A program made the position numbers and the translations under genes. The notes beneath the pieces are model-generated. The model was not told the DNA's origin. It made no database searches and saw nothing but the letters and a program-made list of their open reading frames with translations. Positions 1 to 8,788 of a stretch of DNA of 64,000 nt are shown piece by piece (position 1 is the first letter of the stretch; every line of letters begins with the position of its first letter). Source of the stretch: a virus; the IMG/VR virus record IMGVR_UViG_3300046674_000532, one strand, 5' to 3'.

Positions 1-124
1 GGAGCGCGGTCATGGGCTGGCCGTCGGCGAACACTCCGGTCAGGCTGTGGCCGGCCAACGCGTCGGGCTTGGGCAGGTGGTAGGCGAAGCGGCCGTCGGG
101 GAGCTTAAGCGCGTACACGGTCAC
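1..124 (-). CDS. Hypothetical protein, N-terminal part only (gene runs off left edge)
   Basis: GTG at 124 preceded by a GAGAGG-like RBS. GC3-rich frame VTVYALKLPDGRFAYHLPKPD... Too short in the window to appear in the ORF track. Confidence 0.3.
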   Translation of the reverse strand, partial: MTVYALKLPDGRFAYHLPKPDALAGHSLTGVFADGQPMTAL

Positions 125-159
125 AGGTGGTGCCTCTCGAACAGGACTGGATATGGGGA

Positions 160-199
160 GGGCCGCCCACCGCGGGCTGCGAGTCTGGGTGGGCGGCCC
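160..199 (-). terminator. GC-rich hairpin downstream of the 295..729 gene
   Basis: 12-bp stem GGGCCGCCCACC / GGTGGGCGGCCC with a 16-nt loop. A second hairpin lies at about 219..256. There is no U-tract, as is common in high-GC actinobacteria. Confidence 0.45.
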
Positions 200-294
200 G
201 CATGTGGTGGGGGGATCGGGGTCCCGCCCCAGGAGTTGGGGGTGGGACGGGACCCCTGTGGCCTCCGAGGGGGACGGAGGCCGGGGTGGGTGGT

Positions 295-729
295 CTAGTA
301 CCAGTGGCCGGCGTCGTTCCGGCGGTTCACCCAGCTCTGTGTGAACGGCTCCGTGGAGCCCTCCGGGTTGGGGTACCGGTAGACGGCGTGGTGGCGGTAG
401 GTCGCCACGACCGTGGCCCTGGTCGGCTCGCTGCCCTGAAGACTGTGCAAGCTGATCTCGTCACCGACGCGCAGGCCAAGGAAGTCGGTCACCGGGTTTA
501 TGGCGTGGTTCTTCCGCCACCAGGCCCAGCCCTTGGGGCTCCGAGGGGCTTCTGGGAGCGGCTCGAAGTCGTTTCCGGGCCGGTAGTCGTAGATGTACGA
601 CGGGTTGAGGGCGTACGCGGTGAGGCTCAGGGTGGGGCTGTAGAGGTGGCCGCGGTCGAAGGCGGCGGGGACAGCCGAGTCGGGCAGGACGGTGAGGTCC
701 TCCGTGGGCGTTGCGGTCATGGTGTCCAC
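295..729 (-). CDS. Hypothetical protein (144 aa)
   Basis: GC3-rich track ORF. GTG start at 729 has AGGAG about 6 nt upstream. No recognisable motif. Confidence 0.6.
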   Translation of the reverse strand: MDTMTATPTEDLTVLPDSAVPAAFDRGHLYSPTLSLTAYALNPSYIYDYRPGNDFEPLPEAPRSPKGWAWWRKNHAINPVTDFLGLRVGDEISLHSLQGSEPTRATVVATYRHHAVYRYPNPEGSTEPFTQSWVNRRNDAGHWY

Positions 730-852
730 GGGTGCTCCTACTGGCCGTAGTGGTCGGACTGGTCGTCGGGCGCGCCGTCGTGGGAGGCGCAGCCGGGGTA
801 GTGGATGCCGGCCGCGATCTCTTCCGGACGGGCGCCGCAGTCGCAGTTCACG

Positions 853-1464
853 TCAGGCGGCCTGGGCGTACATGCGGCTGGCCATCTGGGCGAAGAACCG
901 CTCGCCCTCGGCGACGTTGCTGATCTCGGCGTCGATCATTTCGGCGATGAGGCCGACGAACTGGTGCGGGGTCATCGAGTTGATGTGGGAGACGAGGACC
1001 GCATCGGCGCGGTAGCCGTCGATGTGCTTCTCCCAGGACCGGAGTGCGGCAGACGCGGTCTCGAAGATGGCCTCGCTGTCGGCGTTCCGCATGCCCGGGT
1101 TGTAGCTGGCCTCGGCGATCAGGTCCATGACGTCGCGGTGTCCGTCCTTCAGCCACTTCTTGCTGTTGAAGCGGCGGGTGCTGACTCCGATGCGGAGGTA
1201 GGAGCGCATTTCGCGGGCGAAGATCTGGCCCTTGGTGGAGCGGGCGGTCAGCTTGGCGGCCTTCTCGGCCTTGCGCTCGGCGGCCAGCAGGTTGTCGGTG
1301 GCGGCCTGGGCGGTGTCGCCATGGCCTTCGAGCTGGCCGCGGGTGGCGCGCCAGGTGACGTCGGGGCGTAGGCGGAGGCTGATGTCCGAGGCGGTCCAGG
1401 TCATGAAGCCTGCGGCGGTGAGGGTGGTCTCGGTGCCGTGGATGCTGATGGCCTCGGTGTTCAT
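853..1464 (-). CDS. Hypothetical protein (203 aa)
   Basis: Track ORF 853..1521 trimmed to the ATG at 1464 (MNTEAISIHG...), which is preceded by GGGGGAG. Confidence 0.6.
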   Translation of the reverse strand: MNTEAISIHGTETTLTAAGFMTWTASDISLRLRPDVTWRATRGQLEGHGDTAQAATDNLLAAERKAEKAAKLTARSTKGQIFAREMRSYLRIGVSTRRFNSKKWLKDGHRDVMDLIAEASYNPGMRNADSEAIFETASAALRSWEKHIDGYRADAVLVSHINSMTPHQFVGLIAEMIDAEISNVAEGERFFAQMASRMYAQAA

Positions 1465-1515
1465 GGCTCCCCCTACGGGTGGTGTCTTGGTGCGATGTAT
1501 CCACCGTACCGTGCC

Positions 1516-1536
1516 AGGCATTGCACTGCAATGCCT
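1516..1536. promoter_or_regulatory. 21-bp palindrome AGGCATTGCAcTGCAATGCCT (operator-like site, copy 1)
   Basis: Perfect 10-bp arms around one central base. It lies 52 nt upstream of the 1464 start and downstream of the ssb stop. Same motif as 8337, 22189 and (degenerate) 22117. Confidence 0.6.
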
Positions 1537-1604
1537 GACGCTGAACCGGGCACAGAAAAGGGGCCCAACCCGAAGGCCAGACCCCTACGCCACACCCCAC
1601 AAGA

Positions 1605-2132
1605 TCAGAAAGGCGGCTCGTCCGAATACCCGCCATCCCCCGCACCCGCCCAAACCGACTGCCCGCCCTGCTGCGCCGCCGCACCCGACGTCGCCCACGA
1701 ATCCTCACGCCCCTCCCGCGACGACTCCTGACGCGCCTGCGCGTACGCCTGCTTACCGGCACCGCTCGAGCCGGCCTTCGTCACCTTCGCCGTCGCCATC
1801 TTCAGCGACACAGCCACCTCGTCGGCCTCCAGCTCGTAGACCGTCCGCTTCACGCCCTCACGGTCCTCGTACGACCGCTGCGACAGCCGCCCCTGGATGA
1901 CGACCCGGCAGCCTTTCACCACCGACTCGGCCACGTGCTCGGCCTGCTGCCTCCACACCGACACCGGCAAGAACAGGGTCTGCCCGTCCACCCAGGCCTG
2001 CTTCTCCCGGTCATAGGTCCGCGGTGTCGACGCCACCGTGAACTTCGCAACGCCCGCGCCAGACGGCGTAAAACGCAGCTCAGGATCCGATGTCGCATTG
2101 CCAATCACCGTGATGACGGTTTCCCCACTCAT
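1605..2132 (-). CDS. ssb: Single-stranded DNA-binding protein
   Basis: OB-fold N-terminus [35 protein letters not shown]..., Gly/Gln-rich linker and acidic tail ending DEPPF. ATG at 2132 overlaps the upstream stop (ATGA). Confidence 0.9.
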   Translation of the reverse strand: MSGETVITVIGNATSDPELRFTPSGAGVAKFTVASTPRTYDREKQAWVDGQTLFLPVSVWRQQAEHVAESVVKGCRVVIQGRLSQRSYEDREGVKRTVYELEADEVAVSLKMATAKVTKAGSSGAGKQAYAQARQESSREGREDSWATSGAAAQQGGQSVWAGAGDGGYSDEPPF

Positions 2133-3058
2133 GCCGCTTCCTCCATCTGGTTCTTCGTCAGGGTTCGTTCCCGCGGTACGTACACGCGCCGCCACACGCG
2201 CCGGCCGTCGGCGGCCGCGCGCTCCTTGATGCGCTCCCAGGTCCGCTCCGCGGCGTCCGGGTTCATGTCCAGGCGGGCAGCTATCTCCGCGGTGGTGTCG
2301 TTGGTCCACTCGAACAGGTGGGTCAGGACTTCCCGCCGGGCAGCCCGGTCGAGGATCACGGCCTCACCCATCAGCCAGCGCGCCGCCAGGTTCCCGCCCT
2401 CCGAGACGATCGGGTCGGCAGCATCCGTCTGAGGGACAGCCTGCGGGTCGTCGATCGTGTCGTCGTCCCACGCAAGCGGCCCATCCCAGCCCTGCCGTTG
2501 TGCGGCACGCCGAGTCCGGTCCGCCACCCATTCCTTGACCCCCTGGTCACACGGGTCAGCGTTCCACCAGGCCCCGTACACGTCCCTCACGGCGCGGGCT
2601 ATGCGGGCGGTCACCTTCTCGCTGATCACGGCCTTCTGGAAGTAGCGGGAGGGGATCCCTGCCTTCCGTGCGATGGCAACCAGGTTGAAGCCGCGTACCT
2701 GGAGCGCCTGGAGACGGCGCCGGGTTCCGGTCGGATCGATGCGGGCCGCGTCAGGGAAGTTGTCCAACTTGGGCCAGTAGGCGAGGAGGAGTTCCGCGGT
2801 CTCCGTATGAAACTTCTCGCTCGGCCCCCCTCCTTCCTGTGAACCCCACAGGAGATGGTCCAGGTAGTGGGCGCAGAGACCGAAGTGCTTCTCCAGGGCC
2901 CGGACCGGCATGCCAGCAGCACGTATCCGGTTGACATGGTCGCGTACGGGCTGCGCAGGCACGAACGGCTGCCACTCGCCCGCAGCGATGAGCTGTTCCC
3001 GGCGGCTCCGCCAGCGTGACCTTGCGACCTTCTGCGCGTAGGACGTCGTGGTGCTCAT
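2129..3058 (-). CDS. HTH DNA-binding protein with sigma-70 region-4/LuxR-like C-terminus (309 aa)
   Basis: Track ORF 2129..4195 trimmed to the ATG at 3058 ([10 protein letters not shown]...); the upstream part is a Pro/Arg shadow frame. HTH-like segments are [20 protein letters not shown] and [25 protein letters not shown]. Confidence 0.65.
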   Translation of the reverse strand: MSTTTSYAQKVARSRWRSRREQLIAAGEWQPFVPAQPVRDHVNRIRAAGMPVRALEKHFGLCAHYLDHLLWGSQEGGGPSEKFHTETAELLLAYWPKLDNFPDAARIDPTGTRRRLQALQVRGFNLVAIARKAGIPSRYFQKAVISEKVTARIARAVRDVYGAWWNADPCDQGVKEWVADRTRRAAQRQGWDGPLAWDDDTIDDPQAVPQTDAADPIVSEGGNLAARWLMGEAVILDRAARREVLTHLFEWTNDTTAEIAARLDMNPDAAERTWERIKERAAADGRRVWRRVYVPRERTLTKNQMEEAA

Positions 3059-3732
3059 GCCGCCACCGCCAGCTCCGCCGCCTGCTCTGCGGCGCCCTGG
3101 ACGTTCCACGCGCGGACGGCCTTGCCCAGGTAGTCCTCGCACACCTGCAAATAGGCGGCGATGTCCCGGTTCCCGACGCCCATCTCCCGCAGCTGGGTGA
3201 CGACGTCCCGGGATTCGTCCCGCACGATCTCCCACAGGGCCCGGGTGTCGCCGTTGCCGCGGCGGGGCAGGATGCCGCCCTTGCCACCCGCCCACCACAC
3301 CGCCAGACGGACGGTGACCGGCAACGCCAGGACGTCGTACTTCTGCAGCTCCACGACCATCTGCGCCGGCGTCAGACCGCGCTGCCGGAGCGGCATCATC
3401 CGCGACGACCACTCCGGGGACGCCAGCACCCGGGCCTGCCGCAGATCCGGATCCGCACCCAGGAGCGCCTCCACGCGCAGCGCACGCCGCTGCACCGTCG
3501 TCAGACCGCCGACGACACCCCACAGCATGTAACTGGACTGCTCGTACTCGAGCGCGTCGGACAGGCACGTCGTCCTCACCGGGCAGCCACGGCAGATCCC
3601 CTGAACGCGCTTCTGCGTGCCGGGACTGTCGGAGAACATGGTCTCGGTGTCGACTCCCTGGCAGCCGGAGGAGTCCCGCCAGTCGATGCTGCGCGCGGCG
3701 CGTTTCCTGGCGTGGCGGGTCGGGGTGTTCAT
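3055..3732 (-). CDS. WhiB-like Fe-S transcription factor domain fused to a C-terminal HTH-like region (225 aa)
   Basis: Cys pattern GC-x25-CRGCPVRTTC (C..CxxC..5..C), typical of the WhiB/Wbl family. A long C-terminal extension includes REMGVGNRDIAAYLQV. Confidence 0.75.
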   Translation of the reverse strand: MNTPTRHARKRAARSIDWRDSSGCQGVDTETMFSDSPGTQKRVQGICRGCPVRTTCLSDALEYEQSSYMLWGVVGGLTTVQRRALRVEALLGADPDLRQARVLASPEWSSRMMPLRQRGLTPAQMVVELQKYDVLALPVTVRLAVWWAGGKGGILPRRGNGDTRALWEIVRDESRDVVTQLREMGVGNRDIAAYLQVCEDYLGKAVRAWNVQGAAEQAAELAVAA

Positions 3733-4331
3733 GAGGTGGCTCCGGGAAGGGTCGGCCAGACCGCCTTTTCGATGGCGGCCCGGTGGGTTTTGGGCATGTC
3801 AGTGATCGGGTGGCCGATCCAGTCGCGGCCGGCGGCCATGAGGACGACGGCGTCGGCGGCGTTGTCGTCGCCTCCGGTGGTCCAGGCGGGGAAGCGTCGG
3901 GAGACCTGGTCGATGACGGCTCCCTTGGCGGCGGTGCCCTTGCCGGTGGCGTAGAGAGCGCGCTGGTTGGGGGACAGCAGGCCGACCGGGATGCTGCGTC
4001 GGGTGAGGCGGTTGTAGAGCTGCCACCAGAGCCAGCCGCGTTCGTGGGCGCCTCCTCCGCTGCGGGAGACGGCGGGGAGTTCCATGACGACGAGGTCGGG
4101 GCTGTCGATGGCGGCCAGGATGTTCTCGAGGAGGTTCTGCAGCTCGGTGAGGCGTTGCGGGTGTGGGAGTTGGGTGATGCCGGGGTCCTTGGCACGCTGC
4201 TTCTTGTAGCCGATGACTTCGCACCAGCCGCGGGTGGAGGCGAGGCCTGTGGCGGTGAGGCTGGGGTCGAGGCCGATGACGTGGGGGCCGGGGAGGGTGG
4301 TGGTGAGGGGGGCGGGGGCGGTGATGGTCAC
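3729..4331 (-). CDS. RuvC-like Holliday junction resolvase
   Basis: VIGLDPSLTATG (catalytic Asp), VVMELP (Glu) and DDNAADAVVLMAAG (C-terminal acidic pair). GTG start at 4331 overlaps the upstream stop (GTGA). Confidence 0.75.
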   Translation of the reverse strand: MTITAPAPLTTTLPGPHVIGLDPSLTATGLASTRGWCEVIGYKKQRAKDPGITQLPHPQRLTELQNLLENILAAIDSPDLVVMELPAVSRSGGGAHERGWLWWQLYNRLTRRSIPVGLLSPNQRALYATGKGTAAKGAVIDQVSRRFPAWTTGGDDNAADAVVLMAAGRDWIGHPITDMPKTHRAAIEKAVWPTLPGATS

Positions 4332-4537
4332 TGGGTGATCTCCTGGAGGGGTTGTCCGTGGCGCAGGTAGGTGGCGTGGCCGGGGCGGTGGCCGAGGTGG
4401 TGGAGGCCGCAGAATTCGCATTCGTACGGTCGGAGTCGGGGGCCGCCGATGCGTCGTATTTGGCGGGCTCGGCGTCGGGCGGTGGCGCGGTCGTAGAACC
4501 GGCTTTTACCGAGGCAGGCGACTTCGTACTCGGTCAC
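4328..4537 (-). CDS. Small basic protein with a CxxC pair (69 aa)
   Basis: Track ORF. ...YECEFCGLHHLGH... Translationally coupled on both sides. Confidence 0.5.
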   Translation of the reverse strand: MTEYEVACLGKSRFYDRATARRRARQIRRIGGPRLRPYECEFCGLHHLGHRPGHATYLRHGQPLQEITQ

Positions 4538-5547
4538 CCGGCGGGCACCGGGAAGGCGTCGTGGGTGCGCCCGTCGAGTTCGCGGCCGGCGTTCTTCTTG
4601 CCGACGCGGGCGAGTTCGATGCGGTGGCCGAGGTCATCGACCGGATCTCCAGCGAGGAGGGTGCCCTTGCTGGTGGCGCCGATGACGAGGTAGCCGGTGG
4701 GCGCGTACTCGCCCCACTGCTTGAAGAAGAACGGCACGTCTGCTTCGGCGCACTGGTCGCGCAGTGCCGTGGCCCACTGGGGTGCCATGGGGCGGGCGCT
4801 GCGGCCGGACTCGCCGCCGACGATGACCCAGTCGATGCCGTGGAACTTCTTGCAGCAGTCGCCCGCGTGGACGTAGGAGGTGTTCAGGCCGTGGCCTCGT
4901 TCGCTGCCCATGGTCCGGACGGCATGCTTGAGGTCGACGGGGCCGAGGAGCGGTTCACAGGACAGGAAGCGAACGGCGGCCGGGGTGTCCAGGAGTGCGG
5001 GGATGCGGAGGTCGGCTCGCTTCTGGTCCTCGACGCTGACGCCCAACCAGACGTTCCGGAGCGGCTTGGCGAAGTCACTCCACCACTGCGAGGTCTTCTG
5101 CTCCCGCTCGTACCGCGGCATCGGCGTCGCCTCGTCGTTGACGAGCACGGCCTGGGCCGCCTCGCATGCCAGGCGAAAGTCGCTGCTGTTGAGCAGGGCC
5201 CGCATGCGTCCGTGGCGCTTCGTCAGCACCTGGTACGTGTGCTGGGGGGTGAGCGCCATGACGGCGAAAACGCTGGCGATGTACTCGGTCGGAATGTCCT
5301 TGTGGAACAGGTCGGACATCGAGTTGACGAAGACGCGCTTCGGCTTCCGCCACCGCAGCGGAAGGGTCAGTCGTTCGGGGCGGAGGGTGACATCGAAGCC
5401 GGTCTCGAAGTGGTGGCCGGGGGTGCCGCGCCAGCGTTCGGCGAAGGTCTCGGCGTAGCAGTTGTCGCAGCCGGACGAGACTTTCTCGCAGCCGGTGACG
5501 ACGTTCCAGGTGGCGTCCGTCCATTCGATCTTGCTGGTGTCAGCCAT
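4534..5547 (-). CDS. Phage Gp37/Gp68 family protein (DUF5131)
   Basis: N-terminal signature KIEWTDATWNVVTGCEKVSSGCDNCYAE. Length 337 aa is typical of the family. Confidence 0.8.
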   Translation of the reverse strand: MADTSKIEWTDATWNVVTGCEKVSSGCDNCYAETFAERWRGTPGHHFETGFDVTLRPERLTLPLRWRKPKRVFVNSMSDLFHKDIPTEYIASVFAVMALTPQHTYQVLTKRHGRMRALLNSSDFRLACEAAQAVLVNDEATPMPRYEREQKTSQWWSDFAKPLRNVWLGVSVEDQKRADLRIPALLDTPAAVRFLSCEPLLGPVDLKHAVRTMGSERGHGLNTSYVHAGDCCKKFHGIDWVIVGGESGRSARPMAPQWATALRDQCAEADVPFFFKQWGEYAPTGYLVIGATSKGTLLAGDPVDDLGHRIELARVGKKNAGRELDGRTHDAFPVPAG

Positions 5548-5764
5548 GGGTCTTCTCCGGGGAGGGTTCAGGGAGTCCGAGGGTCTGGGCGAGGGAGCGG
5601 CGGGCGTTGTGGTCGTTGGCGGGGTTGTTGATCCAGCGGGATACGAGGGCGAGGCGTGCTCGGAGGATGGCGAGGTCGTTCTCGGCGCGGGCGAGCAGGT
5701 CGGGGTGCCTGGCCTGGAGTTGGCCAGCGAGGGTGGCGACGTAGGCCGGGTCTGCGGCGCTCAC
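5540..5764 (-). CDS. Hypothetical protein (74 aa)
   Basis: Track ORF. GTG start overlaps the upstream stop (GTGA). Helical-looking sequence. Confidence 0.5.
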   Translation of the reverse strand: MSAADPAYVATLAGQLQARHPDLLARAENDLAILRARLALVSRWINNPANDHNARRSLAQTLGLPEPSPEKTHG

Positions 5765-6348
5765 GGCTCCGGGTGCTCCTTCGCGGTCTCCTTGTCGGCG
5801 GTCCGGGCGGCGAGGCCATCGGCGATGGCGGCGAGGGGCAGGGGCTGGGTGGAGGTGGTGGTCTTCTTCGCGGCCTGGAGGGCTTCGGCGGCGGTCTGCT
5901 TGGGCGTGTAGTGGCGGGCGTGGCAGTGGGTGGCGCGGGCGGCGGCCATGCGGAGGTCGGCGGGGGTGTGGATGGGGTCGGCGTGGTGGGCGCCCTGGTT
6001 GCAGGGGGTGAAGGCGTGGAAGGGGGCGGCGGACTGGTCGTCGGGCGTGTAGGCGAGGACGGCGCCGGAGGGGAAGGCACGGGCTGCGGTGCCGTCGGGG
6101 CGCTGCTGCCAGTCGCGTACGAGCCCGTGGGGCAGGCCGTGAACTTTGGCGGCGTGGTAGGCGGCGAGTTGGAGTTCGGTGATGAACTCGGTGGTGCGGA
6201 CGGGGAGCGGGGGCGTCGGCTTGACGAGGGAGAGGGCGGCCGCGGTCTTGCGCGGGGCGCGGGTGCGCTTGGCGGTCGGTTTCTTGGCCTGGGTCTTCTT
6301 CGCTGCGGTCTTGGCGGGGGTGCTGCTGGTGCGTGCCCTGGTGGTCAT
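5761..6348 (-). CDS. Hypothetical protein with a Lys/Ala/Thr-rich basic N-terminus (195 aa)
   Basis: Track ORF. ATG at 6348 overlaps the upstream stop. The N-terminal 40 aa are histone-H1-like and basic. Confidence 0.55.
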   Translation of the reverse strand: MTTRARTSSTPAKTAAKKTQAKKPTAKRTRAPRKTAAALSLVKPTPPLPVRTTEFITELQLAAYHAAKVHGLPHGLVRDWQQRPDGTAARAFPSGAVLAYTPDDQSAAPFHAFTPCNQGAHHADPIHTPADLRMAAARATHCHARHYTPKQTAAEALQAAKKTTTSTQPLPLAAIADGLAARTADKETAKEHPEP

Positions 6349-6473
6349 GCCTGTTCTCCGTCCTGCGGATGCTGGTGCTGTTCGGTGGTGCTCCGGTGGT
6401 TGTGCTGGTGGTGGGTGATGAGGAGTGCGAAGGCGGTGAGGACGGCGGCGGCGATGCCGTCCGGCCAGGTCAC
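6345..6473 (-). CDS. Possible small membrane peptide (42 aa)
   Basis: GTG at 6473 overlaps the protease stop (GTGA). VTWPDGIAAAVLTAFALLITHHQHNH... has one hydrophobic helix followed by a His/Gln-rich tail. Below the track size cutoff. Confidence 0.3.
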   Translation of the reverse strand: MTWPDGIAAAVLTAFALLITHHQHNHRSTTEQHQHPQDGEQA

Positions 6474-7165
6474 TGCGTGGATTCCTTGGCCGGCGTGAGG
6501 GTGAGCGGCCGCAGTTTGGTGCGGTTGGCGACGAGGTTCTTGAACCCGGTGGTGTCCTGCGGGGTGTAGTCGTCGGCGTAGGTGGCGGTGGTGTAGCCGC
6601 CCCAGGTGTCGCCGCGCATGAGGGGGGAGGGGTTGGTGGTCCAGGTGTTGGGGTGGGTGAGGCCGAAGGAGTGGCCGAGTTCGTGGGAGATGACCTTGCG
6701 GCGGTAGATCTCGTGCTGGCCGTTGACGATCTGGGTGGTCCAGTTGCCGAGGGCGATGCTGGCGCGGGAGCCGTCGGCGGCGCCGGTGGCGGTGTGGCAC
6801 TGGGATGCGTTGGACCTGGTCACGGTGGACGTCAGCCGCATGATGATGGTGTGGCTGGTCGGGCAGGCCGTGGCGCCCTTGGAGATGGTGGTGGTGACGG
6901 TGACCGTCAGGCCGGTGGCTGCCTTCACGTGGGCGGCGGTCAGCTTCGCGTACGCGGTGAGCTTCGTCCGGGATGTGCTGTCGTAGAAGACGATCGTCCA
7001 GGGCTTGCTGTCGAGGTAGCGGACGCCGTTGCCGTCGCCGATGTTCCAGCCGGTTCCCTCGTAGACCTGGTAGAGGCCCGCGCCGTGGGCACGCCCGGGG
7101 GCGGCAACCACGGCGGAGGCGGCCAGGGTGAGGGCGAACGCCGCGCTGGCTATTCGGGTTCTCAT
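6470..7165 (-). CDS. Secreted metzincin-type zinc metalloprotease (snapalysin/M7-like)
   Basis: Signal peptide MRTRIASAAFALTLAASAVVAAPGRAHG. Zinc motif HELGHSFGLTH (HExxHxxGxxH) is followed by a Met-containing turn (PLMRGD). Confidence 0.75.
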   Translation of the reverse strand: MRTRIASAAFALTLAASAVVAAPGRAHGAGLYQVYEGTGWNIGDGNGVRYLDSKPWTIVFYDSTSRTKLTAYAKLTAAHVKAATGLTVTVTTTISKGATACPTSHTIIMRLTSTVTRSNASQCHTATGAADGSRASIALGNWTTQIVNGQHEIYRRKVISHELGHSFGLTHPNTWTTNPSPLMRGDTWGGYTTATYADDYTPQDTTGFKNLVANRTKLRPLTLTPAKESTQ

Positions 7166-7458
7166 GCGGGTCGTCCGTTCTTCCGGGCCCACCACTTCTG
7201 GGCCTTGTCGGTCTGGGTGGTCTTGTCGGCGAGGTGGGACTGCATGACCTCCAGGGCGGCGCGTCCGTAGCCGGCGGCGTACATCCGTTCCGGGAGGGTG
7301 GAGGTGGGGGTGATGAAGTCGAGGGCGAGGGTGGCGTTGACTCGGACGGTGTCGGGCTGGTGGTGCTGGGCGTCGTCGTAGGCGTCGGCGCGGCCGCGGG
7401 CGAAGTCGGGGTTGGTGGAGAACGGGGGCGGTCCGGGGGCGATGTCGGTGATCGTCAT
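7162..7458 (-). CDS. Hypothetical protein (98 aa)
   Basis: Track ORF with an ATG start. Its stop overlaps the protease start. Confidence 0.55.
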   Translation of the reverse strand: MTITDIAPGPPPFSTNPDFARGRADAYDDAQHHQPDTVRVNATLALDFITPTSTLPERMYAAGYGRAALEVMQSHLADKTTQTDKAQKWWARKNGRPA

Positions 7459-7496
7459 GGCGGTGGGGATCCGTTTCGTGTCAGGGGGCGGTGGGG

Positions 7497-7820
7497 TCAG
7501 GCGACGGATTCGGTGATGTCCGGGTGGATGGGCTCTTCGGTGAGGGCCAGGGCGTGGACCAGGACCGGGGTGCGGGAGCCGTCGGAGCGGGGCTCGGTGT
7601 GGGTGCGCAGCGTCCAGAGGGTGACGCCGAGGCTGGCGCGTTCGCGGGTGATGTAGCCGCCGCAGGCGGTCAGCCAGGCCTGCAGGTGCTGGATGTCGTC
7701 GGTGAAGATGTGGGCGGCGTCGTTGCGGGCGATGAGGCGGCCGATGGGCAGGCCGTGCAGGTCGGCGGTGACGAGGGCCGCTGTGGTGGGGTCTGTGCTG
7801 GTGCGTGCGGTGGTGGCCAT
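7497..7820 (-). CDS. Hypothetical protein (107 aa)
   Basis: Track ORF 7497..8273 trimmed to the ATG at 7820 (MATTARTSTD...). The upstream part is an Arg/Pro shadow frame. Confidence 0.5.
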   Translation of the reverse strand: MATTARTSTDPTTAALVTADLHGLPIGRLIARNDAAHIFTDDIQHLQAWLTACGGYITRERASLGVTLWTLRTHTEPRSDGSRTPVLVHALALTEEPIHPDITESVA

Positions 7821-7859
7821 GTGGTGCTCCCCTGCTGGCGGTTCGGTGGTGGTTGTGGT

Positions 7860-7901
7860 CCCGCCCGGCCGGGGCCTTGTGGTCATCCGCGGCCGGGCGG
7901 G
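7860..7901 (-). terminator. GC-rich hairpin downstream of the 7913..8278 gene
   Basis: 12-bp stem CCCGCCCGGCCG / CGGCCGGGCGGG with an 18-nt loop, starting 12 nt after the stop codon. Confidence 0.5.
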
Positions 7902-7912
7902 GAATCTGTGGG

Positions 7913-8278
7913 TCAGTCGAGGTCCGGGGCGGGGTGCCGGTCGGCGCACAGGGGGCATTGGCGGATCGGCAGGTTGAAGCCGTTGGACTCTTCGATGGTT
8001 CGGGCGTCGGGGTCGGCGTTGTCGAAGACGGCCGGGCAGACGCAGGTGCACTTGCAGGGGAGGACTTCGCCGCCGTACTCGATGTGGAGGCCGGCGAGCG
8101 CGGCGACGCCGAGCATCAGGGAGTTGTATTCGCCTGCGTCGCTGGTGTCGTCGGCGCGCTGGAGGAGCTGGTCGAGGCGGTTCTGCTGGGTGGCGGTGAG
8201 GTCGCGGTAGTCGACGCTGGTGGGCGTCTTTCGGGCGTGCGTCATCAGGGCCACGGGGTCTCCTGGGGTGCAAGTCAC
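7913..8278 (-). CDS. Cys-rich hypothetical protein (up to 121 aa)
   Basis: Track ORF containing ...LPCKCTCVCPAV...RQCPLCADRH. The start is ambiguous: GTG at 8278 has no RBS, and ATG at 8245 is the alternative. Confidence 0.5.
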   Translation of the reverse strand: MTCTPGDPVALMTHARKTPTSVDYRDLTATQQNRLDQLLQRADDTSDAGEYNSLMLGVAALAGLHIEYGGEVLPCKCTCVCPAVFDNADPDARTIEESNGFNLPIRQCPLCADRHPAPDLD

Positions 8279-8336
8279 GTCGTCAGACCGGGTTTTGGGT
8301 GGTCTGTCGTTGTCGGCTTAATCACCGTACCCGTTC

Positions 8337-8357
8337 AGGCATGGCAGTGCAATGCCC
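8337..8357. promoter_or_regulatory. Near-palindrome AGGCATGGCAgTGCAATGCCC (operator-like site, copy 2)
   Basis: Same 21-bp family as 1516 and 22189 with two arm mismatches. It lies 59 nt upstream of the 8278 start. Confidence 0.55.
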
Positions 8358-8434
8358 ACGCTGTGCGGGCATGAGAAAGGCCCCGCCCCGGAAGTTCGGG
8401 TGCAGGGCCTGTGGGGGTGCGGACAGTGGGCCGG

Positions 8435-8662
8435 TCAGTCCGGGTACAGCTCGGCATGGACGTCGAGGAGGTCGCTCCACGACGCGTAGTCGGTCCGGCC
8501 GCACCGGATGATTTCCACGGGATCCGGCTTGTGGGCCAGGGCGTGCTTCTTCAGGGTCCGCGGGGCGACCGGGCGGCCCGTCTCCTCGAGGAGGTCACAG
8601 GCCTCGCGGAGGCTGACGAGGTCCGACGTGGCGGCGTAGGGACTCGGGTTGGCGATGGCCAT
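8435..8662 (-). CDS. Excisionase/MerR-type small HTH DNA-binding protein (75 aa)
   Basis: Track ORF. ...LVSLREACDLLEETGRPVAPRTLKKHA... resembles excisionase-family HTH. The assignment is tentative. Confidence 0.5.
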   Translation of the reverse strand: MAIANPSPYAATSDLVSLREACDLLEETGRPVAPRTLKKHALAHKPDPVEIIRCGRTDYASWSDLLDVHAELYPD

Positions 8663-8788
8663 GGCGGTGCTCCCATGTACGGCGGGCCATCGTTCGCAGC
8701 TCCGGCGGCCGGACGGGGTGGACCTTGCGGGTCCAGTTGTGATGAAACCGTGTGCAGGTGTTGGAGTGCTAGACCCGCGTACCCCCGA

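Noticed and set aside
848-1762. Long alternative-frame ORFs with Arg/Pro/Gly-rich translations. Examples: 848..1762, the N-terminal part of 2129..4195, 5568..6080, 7497..8273 upstream of 7820, 36005..36757, the N-terminal part of 39939..41864, 43221..44795, 52189..53100 and 56009..57685.
   Set aside because: These are typical shadow ORFs of high-GC DNA. They have low-complexity RPRR/PPPP composition, overlap a better GC3-rich frame with recognisable domains, and lack RBS-supported starts.
2103-2116. AATCACCGTGATGA inside the ssb 5' region considered as a fourth parS-like site.
   Set aside because: Only the inner ATCAC/GTGAT pentamers match, the spacing differs by 2 nt, and the AT-rich outer arms and GC clamps are missing.
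8299-8511. Plus-strand ORFs in the early block (for example 8299..8511 and 8411..9367) that span intergenic gaps.
   Set aside because: They run antisense to well-supported minus-strand genes, have Arg/Gly-rich low-complexity translations and lack RBSs. The 8299 ORF simply reads through the palindromic operator region.
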